This document shows, piece by piece, positions 23,978 to 37,650 of a stretch of 64,000 nt of DNA. Position numbers and translations under genes: made by a program. The DNA is from Zootoca vivipara. Lineage: Eukaryota. The stretch lies in NCBI RefSeq assembly GCF_963506605.1, contig NC_083286.1:51894001-51958000 (forward strand). The letters run 5' to 3'. Position 1 is the stretch's first letter. The number at the start of each line of letters is the position of its first letter. The notes beneath the pieces are model-generated. The model was given only the letters and a program-made list of their open reading frames with translations. It did no database searches and was not told the DNA's origin.

Positions 23978-25954
23978 TAACTAAAATACACAAAGTTTTG
24001 TTTACCATGTTGTTCCCCCACCCTCCCCTTAAATGCTTCCCAAAACTGTTGTAGGGGTTTCCCTAGCCCTGTGGATCAGATTTGAGGAAGGCATGTGGGG
24101 CACACAAGAGGAGGAGGAGAGAGGGGCAAATCCTTGCACAGATGGCACATGTTGGTTGGATAGCACCCATAATGCTAAAAACAAATGCTAGCAGCTCATT
24201 AAAACACTCGTTCAAATATTGCTGTGAGGATTGAACACCCCATTATCAAGCTACCCAAGTCTTGGTAAATAAAAGTGTCTTCAACTGATTGATGCCTGAA
24301 GATCAAGTATGGGAGATCATTCCAGAGTTAGATCTCGCCATGGAGAAGGTACCATCCAGACCAATACACTGATTTAAAAGTAATTATTCTCCTGATCTCA
24401 CATTCTCCAGATTTTGTGACACGGTTCTTGGCTCACAATATATACCAAAATGCATGGGAGGGAAAGCATATTTAAAGATAAAATACATTTATAAATGTGT
24501 ATTTTGAGATGAAGTACATATATAAATATGTATTGATGATAACATGTGTCGTAAAATATGAATTTAAATATAAATTCCTGTATGCCCCCCTTTTAAAAAA
24601 ATAAATAAATCACAGATTAATGTGGAATTGTGAGGAAAAGACTTCTGAACAAACACATGCAAAATAGGCCACAGATAGGTTCATAAGAACAAAGGCAGCT
24701 GCTTCAAACTGAGTAACTCCCTCAGTATTGCTCTCCGGAATTTCAGAAGGAGTATTCCCCCATCCTTAGCTAGTGATGCTGGGGATTGAAACTGGGACCT
24801 TCTGCACAGAAAGCATGTCCTCTACCCTTCCCCTAATACAGGATCTTCAGATGATGAAATGGATTGATCCATCCCTTCCCATCTACCACATGTCCCCCAA
24901 ATGCTGCCATTGGGATGGTGCCGTATCATGATGGAGCTTAGTTGTAGAGGCACTGCATGGAAAAGTAAGATCAGTCCCCGCTGGCCACAACACAAGACTT
25001 TGCTACTGGTCTCATTGTGTGCTCCTCAACCTCTTCAGAGGCGGACCAGTTCAGCCTCCACTTGCTGAAGCATCTGCAGCAGAAAAGTGCCTGTTGCAAC
25101 ATTTTTCAGTGAAGTCAGTGTCCTTGTTTGAAGATTCTATCCTCATTATTCTGCTCACATTTTTCTTTTACATTAATTTCTTCATTAACTGGGATGAATT
25201 GAGCCAACGTGGTCATAAGTTAATAACTTCCGTTAGCTCCTTCTATGCGCCAAGTACACCAGTATCCTTTTGACTGAAGCCGACAGGGGTCCCCTTGTCT
25301 TCAATACAACTAAATTGACTTAGAGCCACGTACACTGGCTTAGCTAGCCCATGGACTGGGATGACTCCAGCAGTTATAACCGGCAGAGCGGGGCATGTAA
25401 ATAGAAGCATTTCCCCTGAAATGTACATATATAAAATTGATGAAAGATAATTTGGTGCTAATTTTTCATGCTCCAGTTGCCCTGCTCCTCCCCTCCCAAA
25501 ATATGCCAGCTAAATGTTTAAGTCATTATTTTCTGTGCACATTAATAATGAAGAGTTTTGCGGCATAGAGGGATATATGGCCAATTGAATGCTTGATGTT
25601 CTGTCCTTGAGCAACATTCAGATCTATATCCATTTATCAGTCACGCAACAACCAAACAATTCCAGCACATCAGTCGTGTCCAAATCGGCAAGAGACTCAT
25701 TTCTCTAGCAAGGAGAGATGCTTCAGGGAGCAAAGAAGTCCTGGTTATTATACCCCTCGATATTCCCACAAAAATGACCTTGAGAAGGAAATAGATAGCG
25801 AGAACATGCAATCAGCGTGTGCTAAATAGCAGAGACGGAGTTTTAAAATAAATATTTACAGGCTGCCTGATGTATAATACTAGTTCTGAAGTTGTAGCCC
25901 ACCCTGATGTGAAAATATATGGGGAAGAGATGTAGCTCCGTGGTGAAGCATCTA

Positions 25955-26890
25955 CAGTGGTACCTTGGTTCTCAAACTTTTTTTTTTTTGCATTTTAAAT
26001 TTTTTATTGAAGTTTAGTCCAAAAACAAACACGCCAAATATTTAGAACAAATAATACATTAAATCCGAAAATCTTAACTCACCTAACAATTAATCTTCAA
26101 ACACAAAGATAACAAAATCATTTATACTGTTATTGTGATGTTGACTTCCCATCACCTCCCGTAGTGCTTCTCATCTTTTTTTGCAAAGTACATACTTTCC
26201 TCTTCGTCGTCTTATAATTTCTTTTGTACCACATTGAATCCAATCATACCCACAACTCTTATACTCTCTAATACAAAGCCGGTCATTCTATGGCTGCCAT
26301 GGAAATTACGTTATAATTATTTTTCTCTTGTGTATATCTCCTAAACACATCCCATTTTTGTGCAAACAACTGTTTGGTGGTTCCCCTTAGGTTATCTGAT
26401 AATTGGGCCAAGTTTACCATATCTGACAATTTATTTTGCCACTCATTAATAGTTGGGACAGTGTCCCATTTCCACCTGCCCGCAATTAACAGCCGAGCGG
26501 CTGCTGAGACATATAAGAAAATCTCCTTGTACTTAACCGGTATATCCTTGTTCAGAATTCCCAACAAAAAAGCTTCTGGCTTTTTTTGAAAGTTTAGCCT
26601 GAAAATCTTTTTTCATTTCTTCATATACTGCATTCCAAAAGTCTTTAACCATCCGACATCTCCACCACATATGCATAAAGTACCTTGGTTCTCAAACTTA
26701 ATCCGTTCTGGAAGTCCGTTCCAAAACCAAAGCATTCCAAAACCAAGGCACGCTTTCCCATAGAAAGTAATGCAAAATGGATTAATCCGTTCCAGACTTT
26801 AAAAAAACAACCCCTAAAACAGCAATTTAACATGAATTTTTACAATCTAACAAGACCATTGATCCATAAAATGAAAGCAATAAACAATGC
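25955..26890. mobile_element. Truncated Tigger-type element (same family as 20481-21652, opposite orientation) interrupted by L1
   Basis: Begins TA-CAGTGGTACCTTGGTTCTCAAACTT and resumes after the L1 as AATCCGTTCTGGAAGTCCGTTCC. Confidence 0.85.
25980..26679 (-). mobile_element. 5'-truncated L1-clade LINE with poly(A) tail and 20-bp TSD
   Basis: ORF2 C-terminus (HMWWRC..FW..EAFLLGI..AARLLIAGRWK..EWQNKL), AATAAA then poly(A). TSD GTACCTTGGTTCTCAAACTT at 25960-25979 and 26680-26699. Confidence 0.92.
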
Positions 26891-27205
26891 TTGAAGGAGG
26901 TGGCAGAACTGAAGGTTCTGTGACTTGTTTGCAAAGCATTCTGAGGATAAAACCGCTTGCATTCACCAGGATCTTGACTCTACTGTCTCAAGGGGTGTCC
27001 AGATCAAATTTTCTAGTTCTGTTGAACTGGATGATTTTCAGCCGGTAAGGCTCAAGAAGGTAGACAAGCTGCTTGGATCGGTTAGGGTGGCCACTTGCAC
27101 TGTGGACCCTTCCCCCTCTTGGCTGATTAAAAACTAGCAGGGAGGTTAGCTGGCTGGGCCAGGGAGGTGTTTAATGCCTCCCTGCGAGAGGGAGTGGTCC
27201 TGGGC
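26891..27205 (+). mobile_element. L2 LINE internal ORF2 fragment
   Basis: FAKHSEDKTACIHQDLDS..VDKLLGSVRVATCTVDPSPSWLIK resembles the L2 pre-RT region (TCxLDPxPSWL). Confidence 0.75.
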
Positions 27206-28415
27206 CTGAGGTTTCCCCCCCTCCACTGGATTAGAGCATCATAAAAAGTTGAATGGAGGTTCAGGTAGGAATCACTGGCAGACCATGCCAAAGAACCGGG
27301 GCCCTGGCAGTGCTGAAAGATGCTAGCCCTGTCTGACTCTTGGTGGTCTTGACTCCCCTGATAGGATTTCCACGGGGTTCCAATAATAGTGCCATTATTT
27401 GTATCCTGTCTGTTTTGGGCCATGGCTGACATTCCGGCCAATGGACAGAAGGAAGTTCAGGCTCACCCCTTGAACATCTGGAGCTGAGAGCATTCAAGGA
27501 GGCAGAAAATTTATGGATCAAAGGTAAGAATCTGGGCTATAACTTGCATCCGTTTAAATAATGCACAGTGCAAGAAATATTAAAGACAAAGGTCAGCCAA
27601 GTAGAGCATATCGCTTAAACTGTCAGCTTGACTTTCTAAAGCAAAAACACCTTGTAGCAATTCCCCCATTCTCCTTACAAAGTCCCTGCTGATTTATTAT
27701 GAGGCTTAATGTTATTTTGTTACCTGAGAAACTCAAAGGGGATTTAATTTATGAGGCCCGAAGGAGGACAGAATCTTTTTGTGCATGGAGTATAATATTC
27801 CCACTTGCCTGATAATATACTGAACCATGATAAATTTATTAGAGCCCCGCCATTTTCAATTCAAAATGAAAACCTCAACAAATACCATACATCACAGGTT
27901 GGTTTACCCTACAGTCATATTTCTCTGTGCTTAAATGTAATATAATGGAATAGGCACCCATTAATCCCTACTGACAATCCCAAATAGAATTTTCCAAGGA
28001 CTCCACAGCACAGATAGAGAAAGAAGAGGGATAGAACGTAACCCCCAGGTCTGCCATCTGGGTCATCATTCAAATATAATTAATTTTCACCTGTTGTCTA
28101 CACCATGGGGGGGGGGAGAGCAAGAGCCTTCAAGGAGGTGTTTTCTTTCTTATCAACATATTGAAGAACAAGATTCTGTAGCACAGCACTGTTTCAATAT
28201 TATGAACTTCAACCCTTTCAGCTATTTTTACTAGTATCACTAGATACCGGACCATGCCATACCAGGTGACAGCAGTGTCTCGGAGTGGTGAAGAAATTTG
28301 GTTCAGTTCACATTTAGAAGCAGACCTACCTAATTCATGCCATGAAGTAGTGATCTTGTGAGAAGGTATTGCCTAGTGGGGCCCCTCAGGCAGTTGGTAA
28401 CAATTAGTCCCCAAA

Positions 28416-28462
28416 GTCGAAACAAAATTTAAAAATTCCTTCCAGTAGCACCTTAGAGACCA
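28416..28462 (-). mobile_element. Penelope pLTR fragment
   Basis: Reverse complement of the 1398-1444 segment (TGGTCTCTAAGGTGCTACTGGAAGG..TTTTGTTTCGAC). Confidence 0.8.
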
Positions 28463-29824
28463 GGAAGGAAAGAAGGGGTGTGAGAGAGAAAGTAGGGAAG
28501 GAGGGAGACAGAGAGAAAAAGAAAGGAAGAAAGAGGGGGGAAGGAAGGATGGAAGGAAGGATGGAGCTCCCGTCCACCCACCCCCCAGCTCAGGCTGCTC
28601 CTCCCCCCTCCCACGTTCCTGTCGCTGGCTGCAGCTGCGGAGGGGGCGTAAACAGCCCGATTTCCATAAGCCGCAGCGACTTTTCCCCTTCAGTTTTCGG
28701 AGGGAAAAAGTGCGGGTTATGGTCTGTAAAATACGGTAAATTTCTTTTTACTTTTTTTGGGGGGGCAGCTGCCCCCCTGCCCCTCACTGGGTACGCCCAT
28801 GAGTGCCACTCTTTGGACTCCTTGTAAGTAAGAAAGCAGACATCTACAGGGGGCGACTGAAGTTGATGGGGTCCTGCTGCATTCACAGCAATAGACCGTC
28901 CTCCTGTGGCCCATGGAACAGATCCAATTTCCCCACCCCTGCTCTTTAAGAACCCCAAGCAAATCTGGTGTTAAAGGACAGGAGAGAGGAGCAGCATTCT
29001 CCCGCTCCAGCCGACTCCTTCAGCTATCGCAAAGCGTTGCCTCGTCAGAAGAAATCCGTATTGTGCGTGGGAGAAAGGACTATTGGATTTGCATCCAACA
29101 CCTTGGGTTGTTATGGCTTTCTCTTTTCCAGCGAGGCTTCTAAAAGCATCTTCTGAGGAATTAAGAGGAAAGGAAAACCAAACGCAAGAAACCTGCCGGA
29201 GATGGAAAGAAGCGCCATCAAGTCTGCAGCTGTCAGAACCAAAGTGGTTTCCTCTTAAGACACCCATGGTGAGCGGCTGCCTTTTTTTCCAGAGCGAAAG
29301 CTTCTCTGCTTCAAAAGTACTGTGTGAAGGTTGAGTTAAAAACACCACCTTGACAGAAAAGAATGGGGAGGGAGGCAAGATGGTATTAAATGTTTGACAG
29401 TGCAGTTCGCCAAGAGCGGTGCAGCCACTAGGCTAGCCTCCTGCCAGGTGAATCACTGTTGCTTACTGGGAGGGAAGAGGTGGCAGGGAAGTCAGCGTGG
29501 TGTAAATATGCTGGCATGAACACTGGATTGACTCAGCTGGTGCCTTTGCACCATGCTGACTCACCTGCCTCCTCTTCCTCCTGGTAAACAACAGCAAGCC
29601 ACCTGCCATGAAGCTGGCAAGCCACATCTGACGACAGCATCCAGTGCAAAGGTTGGGAACCTCTGGAATGGGGAGTCACAGCCATTGCCCTGGCCACTTT
29701 TGCCCCTGACCCTGCCCACAACTCGCAAGTGACCCCGGAAAGGCTAGTCATGAAGAAAGGAGGCCCCCGGCCTGCAAAACATCCCCCAACCCTGATTTGA
29801 TGTGTCCTCTGAGTTGTGGTAAAA

Positions 29825-30165
29825 GGGACCCAGGTGGCGCTGTGGGTTAAACCACAGAGTCTAGGGCTTGCTGATCAGAAGGTCGACAGTTCGAATCCCT
29901 GCAACGGGGTGAGCTCCTGTTGCTCGGTCCCAGCTCCTGCCCACCTAGCAGTTCGAAAGCACATCAAAGTGCAAGTAGATAAATAGGGACCGCTCCGGCG
30001 GGAAGGTAAACGGCGTTTCCGTGCTCTGCTTCGCCAGAAGCAGCTTTGTCATGCTGGCCACATGTCTGTGGAGAAACGCCGGCTCCCTCGGTCTACAGAG
30101 CGAGATGAGCGCCGCAACCCCAGAGTCGGACACGACTGGACCTGATGGTCAGGGGCCCCTTTACC
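29825..30165 (+). mobile_element. Sauria SINE
   Basis: Full head and tail. TSD CTGAGTTGTGGTA. Confidence 0.95.
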
Positions 30166-30489
30166 TGAGTTGTGGTAGTAAAAATGGCAACGAAAGCCCT
30201 TTGGGAGAAGAGAGCGACATAGTCTAGGTTCCACCACTAAGAAGACCCTGCTTTCCATGGGCACCCACAGCATTTCAAGCAGCAGGAAGATGTGTGGCAG
30301 GACCCCTGGCCTGAATGCAGGAATAGGTGCAAATAAATGAATCAAGTCTGTACGACAGGATGTCACATGACTGAGCTTGTTGCGCTTCTGGATTGAGAAT
30401 GCATATCCCAATTCACTCACACACCTGATATCCCAATTCTTTCACACCTGATGCATGAGGCCGACAGAGGTAAGTTTTGTATCAAAACT

Positions 30490-30573
30490 TTTATTTATTA
30501 AACAAAAAAATCCACCATTGGAATAACATTTCTATAAAAAAATGAATATGAGACTGTTCTACAGTACATTACA
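30490..30573 (-). terminator. Polyadenylation cassette (candidate distal DCC PAS)
   Basis: Overlapping AATAAATAAA (30499-30490), a U7-AU CPE-like element (30534-30542) and three UGUA CFIm motifs (30560-30573) upstream on the sense strand. Confidence 0.75.
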
Positions 30574-33500
30574 AAACCCCCCCTTTTTTCCTCATGTAGT
30601 AGTATACAAGATTGTGTGTAGAAACAGTCATTTATTTCCAAACCCTAAGCAAGTTCCCTTCCTCGTAGAACAAGATTTACACTTAAATATTGCAGTCACT
30701 AATCTAATTTGGTTAACAATGCTAGAGTCCAACAATTCAAAGAAAACTTTTGTGGGCTCAAAATGCCCAATTTTTAGGCTTTTTGTAACAACAAGATTCT
30801 TTTTCTCCCCCCTAAGGGTAGTTAAAACTGTGGTGTATGTCACTCCTGTTTGATAAATGCCTCCAGACTTGTATGGATTCTCTCTTGAACACTGGGCAGC
30901 GGCAGAATCTCTGTTTAATAACTGAATTAGACGGAGGATGAAACCCTGGAAGCCATGTTTTAAGATACAATCCTTAAAAGAAGAAGAAAGAAATCATCTC
31001 TGCATACCCACACACCTTTTCAATAAGAACTGAGAAGGAACAATGCTTAATATGTTACATCCTCATTTTTTTACACTGATGAAAGATATATATATATTTT
31101 TTTTACAAATGAGGGCTCTATCTGTTGGGAAGTTCTCCAGCACAAGACAGTCCCCAACGGAAATGAGCCAAAGCTGCCACTTAGCTTCCATTTCTTTCAG
31201 GAGGAGGACTTCCCAGCAGATCATGTCCAATGTTTCTGAATATCCAGTCCCTGCAAATCACTGAATACAGTGCACACCAAATACAATGTATGTGCTTAAG
31301 GCAGACAATTAAGGGAAACTCAAAAGCAAACTGCAGAATACTCTGTTATAGTCAGGAGCTCTGGAAAGCAAGTCAAAAACAAATCCCCAAATTGGGCAGC
31401 TGTGAAACCAAATGCTAAGATCAGGAGGCTAAAATCTGCCACTGGAATCGATTTTGCACATTGAGAGAAACTATGCAGCTTTCTATTGGTCTGTGTTTTA
31501 ACAAAATGTGTAGAACTGCAGTTTTCCTGAACCTTTGAGGACATTGCATTTTGCAGGTGAACACCAATCTTTTTTTCCTTTTCTCTTTTTTAATGTAAAC
31601 TTACAAATATAATGTATGAAGGAGACAAACACGTGTATCATAGAAGCGTGCACTTGTGGAGAGCCAGATTGGCTGGGCCAAAAATACTCTTGGTCACCAA
31701 CTCTGGCTTCCTGCCACATATGGGAAGGCTCTGAGTCAGTTTGCGTTGAGTCTCTAGCTAGAAACTGGGAAACAAGGTGTGTTAAGGTAAAGTCATGAGA
31801 CTAGAAGAGAAATAGAGAGAAGTGAACTCAAGGTTATACAGCCTTTACTGTCACTGGACTGAAGTTCCCATCATCCTTGACCACTGGGCCATGCTAATTG
31901 GGGCTGATGGGAGTTGGAGTCAAACAGCATCTGGATGGTCACAAAGTTGGCTACTCTTGCTCTAGAGAAATAACTGAAGTCCAGTTATTTCAAGGCATAC
32001 CTGTCTCTGAATTGTGTCCTATGTCTCCAGCCCTCATGAAGATGAGGGACGCACCAGCATATTAAAGCATCGCTTCCCGTCTGCGTTTATGTCAACGTAT
32101 ACGTAAGCACTCAAGAGAGCCAGTGTGACATGCTGCTCTCATGGGGAACCTCCAAATGAGGACTAATTTGCAAGGCCACACACACACTAACATGCCACCT
32201 GTCTTCCAATTGACATCCTATGAAGTGGGACAGGTAAAAACCATGGCTATTAAGGAACAACTGGAGGTCTTGGAGGGTGCTCCCAAATGTTGATTTGTGG
32301 GAACATCTTGCATTTGGTTCCATTTAAATTTGGTGCTGAAGGCAAGTGTGCTGGGGGTCAGATCCACCTGACTCATATGATGTCAGGTGATGAACAGACA
32401 GGTGTCACCCCCACCTGTGGAATGTGACCCATGGAAATTTCAGAAATTTCTACATAGAAAACTAGCCTGGTAGGAGAATGCCTACTGTTACATTTTTGTG
32501 AGGAGGTGGTTCTGTGTGGAATGTTTCTGCATGTCTCACCTGCACTTTGAAGAAACATAGCTCAATGAAGTTGACTACCTCATTGAGAATCTGACTTGGG
32601 TTACAGGCACAAAAACCACCTCCTGGCTTGGTCTTTTCACCCCAGGGAAATGAACACACAGCAACTGTTTGCGCATTATGATGAATAAATATCATCCAGC
32701 TTCCTAAGTACTCCTGGCTCCCAAGGCTGCTCCTTGAGCTAATTTAATTAAGTAGACACCTTTTGCAATCTCATCCTAGATGTAAGAAGAATGCCATCCT
32801 TGCTGTGGAACTTTATTCTTTTTTTAAAGCACTTTGAAATCTCATTTATTTCAACCAAAGGATTATGTATTTGCACACGCCTCTCACATTGAAATACATG
32901 GAAATTAAAAGGGATCTAGGTCCCAGTGGCATATTTTGCCATACTGATTACCTAAAATCCAAGCTTCCTTTTAGATGCTTCTTGCAGGCAGCAGTTTCAG
33001 TTAAGAATACTGCCTAGGAAGATCTGCCTGGAGAAGATTGCACCAAAGACTTGAGGCTGAGATAAGGGGAGCGCAACGTACAGCGAGATGAGATACACCA
33101 CAGCTTTAACATCCTGCTCTAGGCCTCCAACCAGATGTCCCTTTTCTCCCCACCCACCCCGATCATAAATTATCCCAAAGAAACCACTCTAAATAATAAA
33201 TTAAATATTACTTATAAAAAATTGTACCCTTCTTCCCTCCCTCCCCTCCCCTGTCCCAAACATGATGACAATTCACAAAGGTAAGAATTGCCAGGTCTAT
33301 TTTACAATAATAAAAAGAGCATTGTTCCTTCTACCTACCAGCATCGTTCCCTCACTCTTCATCAAAAGACATTTACAGCATAGCAGTGAGATAACACTGG
33401 CCTGGGTGACTTCATGGCATGTTATTTTTACCATGTTGTTATTACTGGTCTCAAGGAGAAAACAAAAGGAGTGGGGGGGGGGTGATTGAACACTTGCAAA

Positions 33501-34807
33501 ATGTCTGCTAACATAGCTAACAAGGAAGATACATAACCTCAGAGTATTATTATCATTTTTTGAATCAGAGAAGGCATAGAATTTGCTAATAGGGGGTAGG
33601 AGATTAGCTTTTTCTAATCACATCTTAAAAGACACAAGTTAGAATGGGAGGTGGAATTTTTTTTGAAGACATGACAAAAGACTGATTGTTTAAAATGCAC
33701 ATGGGAAGTCACTGCAATAGTTCTCCAGACTGGTGTAAAATCATTTGTCATCTCTCTTTCAAGCACCAGATACTCATTCATACAGGGCTTGCTCCCTTCT
33801 CTAGCCATGCACTAGAATTCAAGTAGCATCCACAGCAATTCCCATATATAACAAAGCACAGAAACCTGTGGCTTCATCAATATACAGCCTCAGCAGGGTA
33901 TTTTTTTTAAAGAGAACTCAGAACAGTTTTTCCTTTTCTTTGTTGATTCAGAGTTATCACTATGCTTATGGTCAGAAATATCCCTCCACTCCTTGCTTTT
34001 TGTAATTTTAGGGGGAATGGACTTGGGCAATCAGATCTGAGGACTTGCAGTTAAGATGGCACATTAATAGAAAAGAATGGTATCCAATGGAAAGTTTAAA
34101 TGGGAATGTGTTTATTGGAGCACAGTGTGCAATATGGCAGGCACCACTCTGCTGAGCAATATCCATGCCACAGTGAGTAGGGGCTGCTGTTATAGAGGTG
34201 AATGGTGTAGACAAATTGGAGAGGAAATAGGCAAGGTCGATATGAACAAGATGTTGAGTGCTCTGCAACCCTAAAAACATGGGACATTGTGAGGAGCCAA
34301 CAACTGCCAGGGCTTCCCTTTCTGTTCTGTCAGGGATTGGAATACACATTGGAGCCAATGAATTATGGCCACTACTTGGAATGAGCTGCTCATAGGAGGA
34401 GGAAATTGTTTGCTGGGACCTGGGAGTAGAGGGAACGAGAAGGTTAGAAAGAGTTTGAGCTCAGTTCGTAATAAACTCAGGGTTTATGAGATGGGGTTGT
34501 TTCTAAATCTCACCTATTCTGAACTTCAGCTCCACAGTCATTTATGCAGCATTAGACTAATAATGCTAGTGCAGTAATTTAGCACATTCCTGTTTATTAG
34601 TGTGATGGGAGAATAGTCTGAGTAGTAAAAAAGTAACATCCCTCAGTGTACAGATATTCTGGATGGGAACAGCAAACTGAATGTACAATTACATCCTTTG
34701 CATTTGTTTTCTATGATCAGGATTGACAAGAGGCTTACCCGTGACTGGTATTCTTTGAATGGTGATCTGTAAATGATTAATTTGAATCTGCACCCAGAAT
34801 CACTTTT

Positions 34808-35215
34808 AGCATAGAGTTGTGGAGCTGGAAGGACCATCTAGTCCGGCCCCCTGCAATGCAGGAATATCAGCAAAAGTGTCCATGGCAGATGGCCACCCAA
34901 CCTCTGCTTAAAAACCTCCAAGGAAGGAGAGTCCACCACCTCCCCAGGGAGACTGTTCCACTGCTAAACAGCTGTTACTGTCAGAAAGTTCTTCCTGATG
35001 TTTAGTTGGAATCTCCTTTCTTGTAACTTGAATCCATTGGTTCGAGACCTACCCTCCAGAGCTGGAGAAAACAAGCTTGCTCCATCTTCCATGTGACAGC
35101 CCTTGAGATATTTGAAGATGCCTATCATATCACCTCTCAGTCTCCTCTTTTCCAACTCCCTCAACTGTTTCTTGATCATCTCGGTCACCCTCCTGTGCAC
35201 ACATTCCAGCTTGTG
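34808..35215 (-). mobile_element. CR1 3' fragment inside the candidate DCC 3'UTR
   Basis: ORF 34964-35200 reads LEKRRLRGDMIGIFKYLKGCH..NGFKLQERRFQLNIRKNFLTV, CR1 ORF2 C-terminus. Confidence 0.92.
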
Positions 35216-37650
35216 CAGAGCATTTTTGGAACTTTCTTAATTCCTGTTTAGAGGTTTGCCACTCCTGTTCCTCACCTTAGGTAGGTGGGATCTGTCCATG
35301 TGCACGTGCCCTGAAGTGTGGAGAGATCACTTTGCCTCCTCAGTCCCTTCTGTTGGGCCTGATGATATCAATACGTGTGATCAGTAGGCAGGCAAAGAGG
35401 TGGGCCGTGTGTCAGCAGAAACGCCCATGTGAAGAAAACCCATTACGGGTTAATAACCGCCTTTTGTCATGAACTTTGTGCAGTCTCACAATTGGGTAAT
35501 TTCAAGGTGAATTCTGGCGATGTCCGTATAAGGTTCTTGCGGATTGTTCTATGAAATGCAGCATTTTGCATAGGGCACAGAGCTTGATTAATATTAAAGT
35601 TGAAAAGGCATGAAAAGGAACACCCCAGAGGAAAGCTGACAATGTAGCCTCTGGTACTCTGACTCTTAAGAGTAGAGGAAAGGATGGCTTCACCATTTGG
35701 TAACCAGGAGTAATAGAATAATGGAAACCAACCAACTCAATGGAACAACTTCTGGGAAGCAATGCAATTACCACATGCATTGTATCCACAGATGTTATGA
35801 AGATAGAAAGTCAGGAAATCTGGGGTATGTAAAGTCTATCTTTCTTAAGCTCCAAATAAAAAGCAGGGATGCTAATATCCTGGCACAAGTGGAATGGACA
35901 TGGCAGCTCACGGAGAATGGTAACATCAGGTTAAAGTAGCACTTTAGATGGGTGCATCAGCAGGAATGCTGGTTTAGTATGGAGGGCCAACAGCTCAACT
36001 GCTCTATGTGCAGAGTAGATTGAACTCTAAATTCGATCTTAAAGCAAAGGAGGCATAAATCACAGGGCATCACAGCTTCAGGGATCATCCATGAGTTGCA
36101 TCAGAACTAGGGAGAGGCTTCAGATTGAAAGCGGAATTCTGGCAGGCAAGTACATGGGAGCCAACCCCTTCCAGAGCAGATGGGTGAAAGTAAGAGAAGA
36201 TACAGGAACAATGTTCATAAATTGCTGACGTATGAACTCATCTTTCCCAGTATCTTCAGAAAGATATTCTAATAGAGGATTCATATGCATTCAATAATAT
36301 ATTTCAGAAGTCAGGTCTAGTATGAGTGCATTCTCCACACTTTGAAGTTTCCTATCCTACTAGGATGCAAAGAAGGAAAGTCTGGCACTGGAAAGAGATG
36401 TATAAAATAATTTCTGGACAGTTAAAGAAGGTTTGTGAGCCAAGGTTTTGGCCACCATGAGATTATGAAAATACAATTTTGGGAAGTACTTGTGGATAGA
36501 GACAATATATACCTAAGAAGCCCCATCCAATGGGACACAAATCTCAGAGAACCCCAATACCTGGTTACCTTGAACCAGAGAATTCAGCACTTGGCATTGT
36601 CTGAAGTTGCCTCTTAGGGAGATGGATACACACAGTCAGGAAGGTCATAGAAATAATGAGGGGCGGTGAATCAAAGTATAGCCCTTGGTACCAGATGCAG
36701 ACACAATTAAGATGTAACAGCTATTACCATAGACACTGTCCTGAGGGAGAAAGGCACATCTGTGAAGCATATGCAAAATGGACCCAATTCATCGAATTCT
36801 TTGTCCATATTGATGCAGACAAAAACATCAAGGGTGAAAGGAAGAGGTTTCTGTACAGTGCTTTGCTATAGATTGATAAGAATGATAGGATTCGTAGGGA
36901 AGATCAACAGGTTCTTGAAACAAGAGAAAAACGCTTATGTCTGCCAGACTCTCAGTGCCATGGGCAGGACTCAATACTGGAAGTATTTGTCCCTGGCAGC
37001 AAAGTGAAGGAATCAATGGTGTTGAAGTAACAGATGGACCCAATCAACTATCTTTCTTCAGGAGAGTGAAGTAATAAAAGTAGAAACCATATTGATGTAT
37101 GGGAATAGATTCAACAGGGTTTACAACAGGGTCCTCCTCCCAAAGCAATACTAGATTAGGACAGGTAGTCTAGAAGTGAAGTTCTGTGGAATAACCTAAT
37201 CTGACAATGGCAAACACCCAACTGTCCAAATCCATCTCTGAATGTAAACTAGAGAATGAAAAAAGATGCCTTAGCATGGAAAATTTGAAGACTATGGGTA
37301 GAAAGTGTCTAAATCTCAGGAGGTTCGCTCTTTGGCTTCTGATACTTCCTTTTGGAAGAGTATGTTTTCTTAGCTGGTAGATATTTCAAGGGCTCTGGGG
37401 GTAAGCAACTGTAGTGTCATTTGTGCTAACAGAATGAGGTGGCACCTCCCAGATATATAACTAGAAATATTCAAGAGCATCATCAGATTGTGCACTAAAT
37501 AAACCATCCGATTTTAAGCACACTCATCCAACTGCTTTGAAACCAGTGGGATAGAAAGTTTGTCCTTTGAGGGGGGAAAGCAATATTGTAGAAGCCTGTT
37601 GAGAACTGGCATCATTGCTCAGCAAGGAAGTTGTTTTGCAGATGTGCTAG

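Noticed and set aside
30402-30452. ~25-bp tandem duplication (ATATCCCAATTC..CACACCTGAT) just past the poly(A) site
   Set aside because: Most simply a local slippage duplication; no evidence of function.
35500-37300. Endogenous viral element in the UTR
   Set aside because: Only short ORFs with no viral motifs recognised; the composition fits ordinary UTR sequence.
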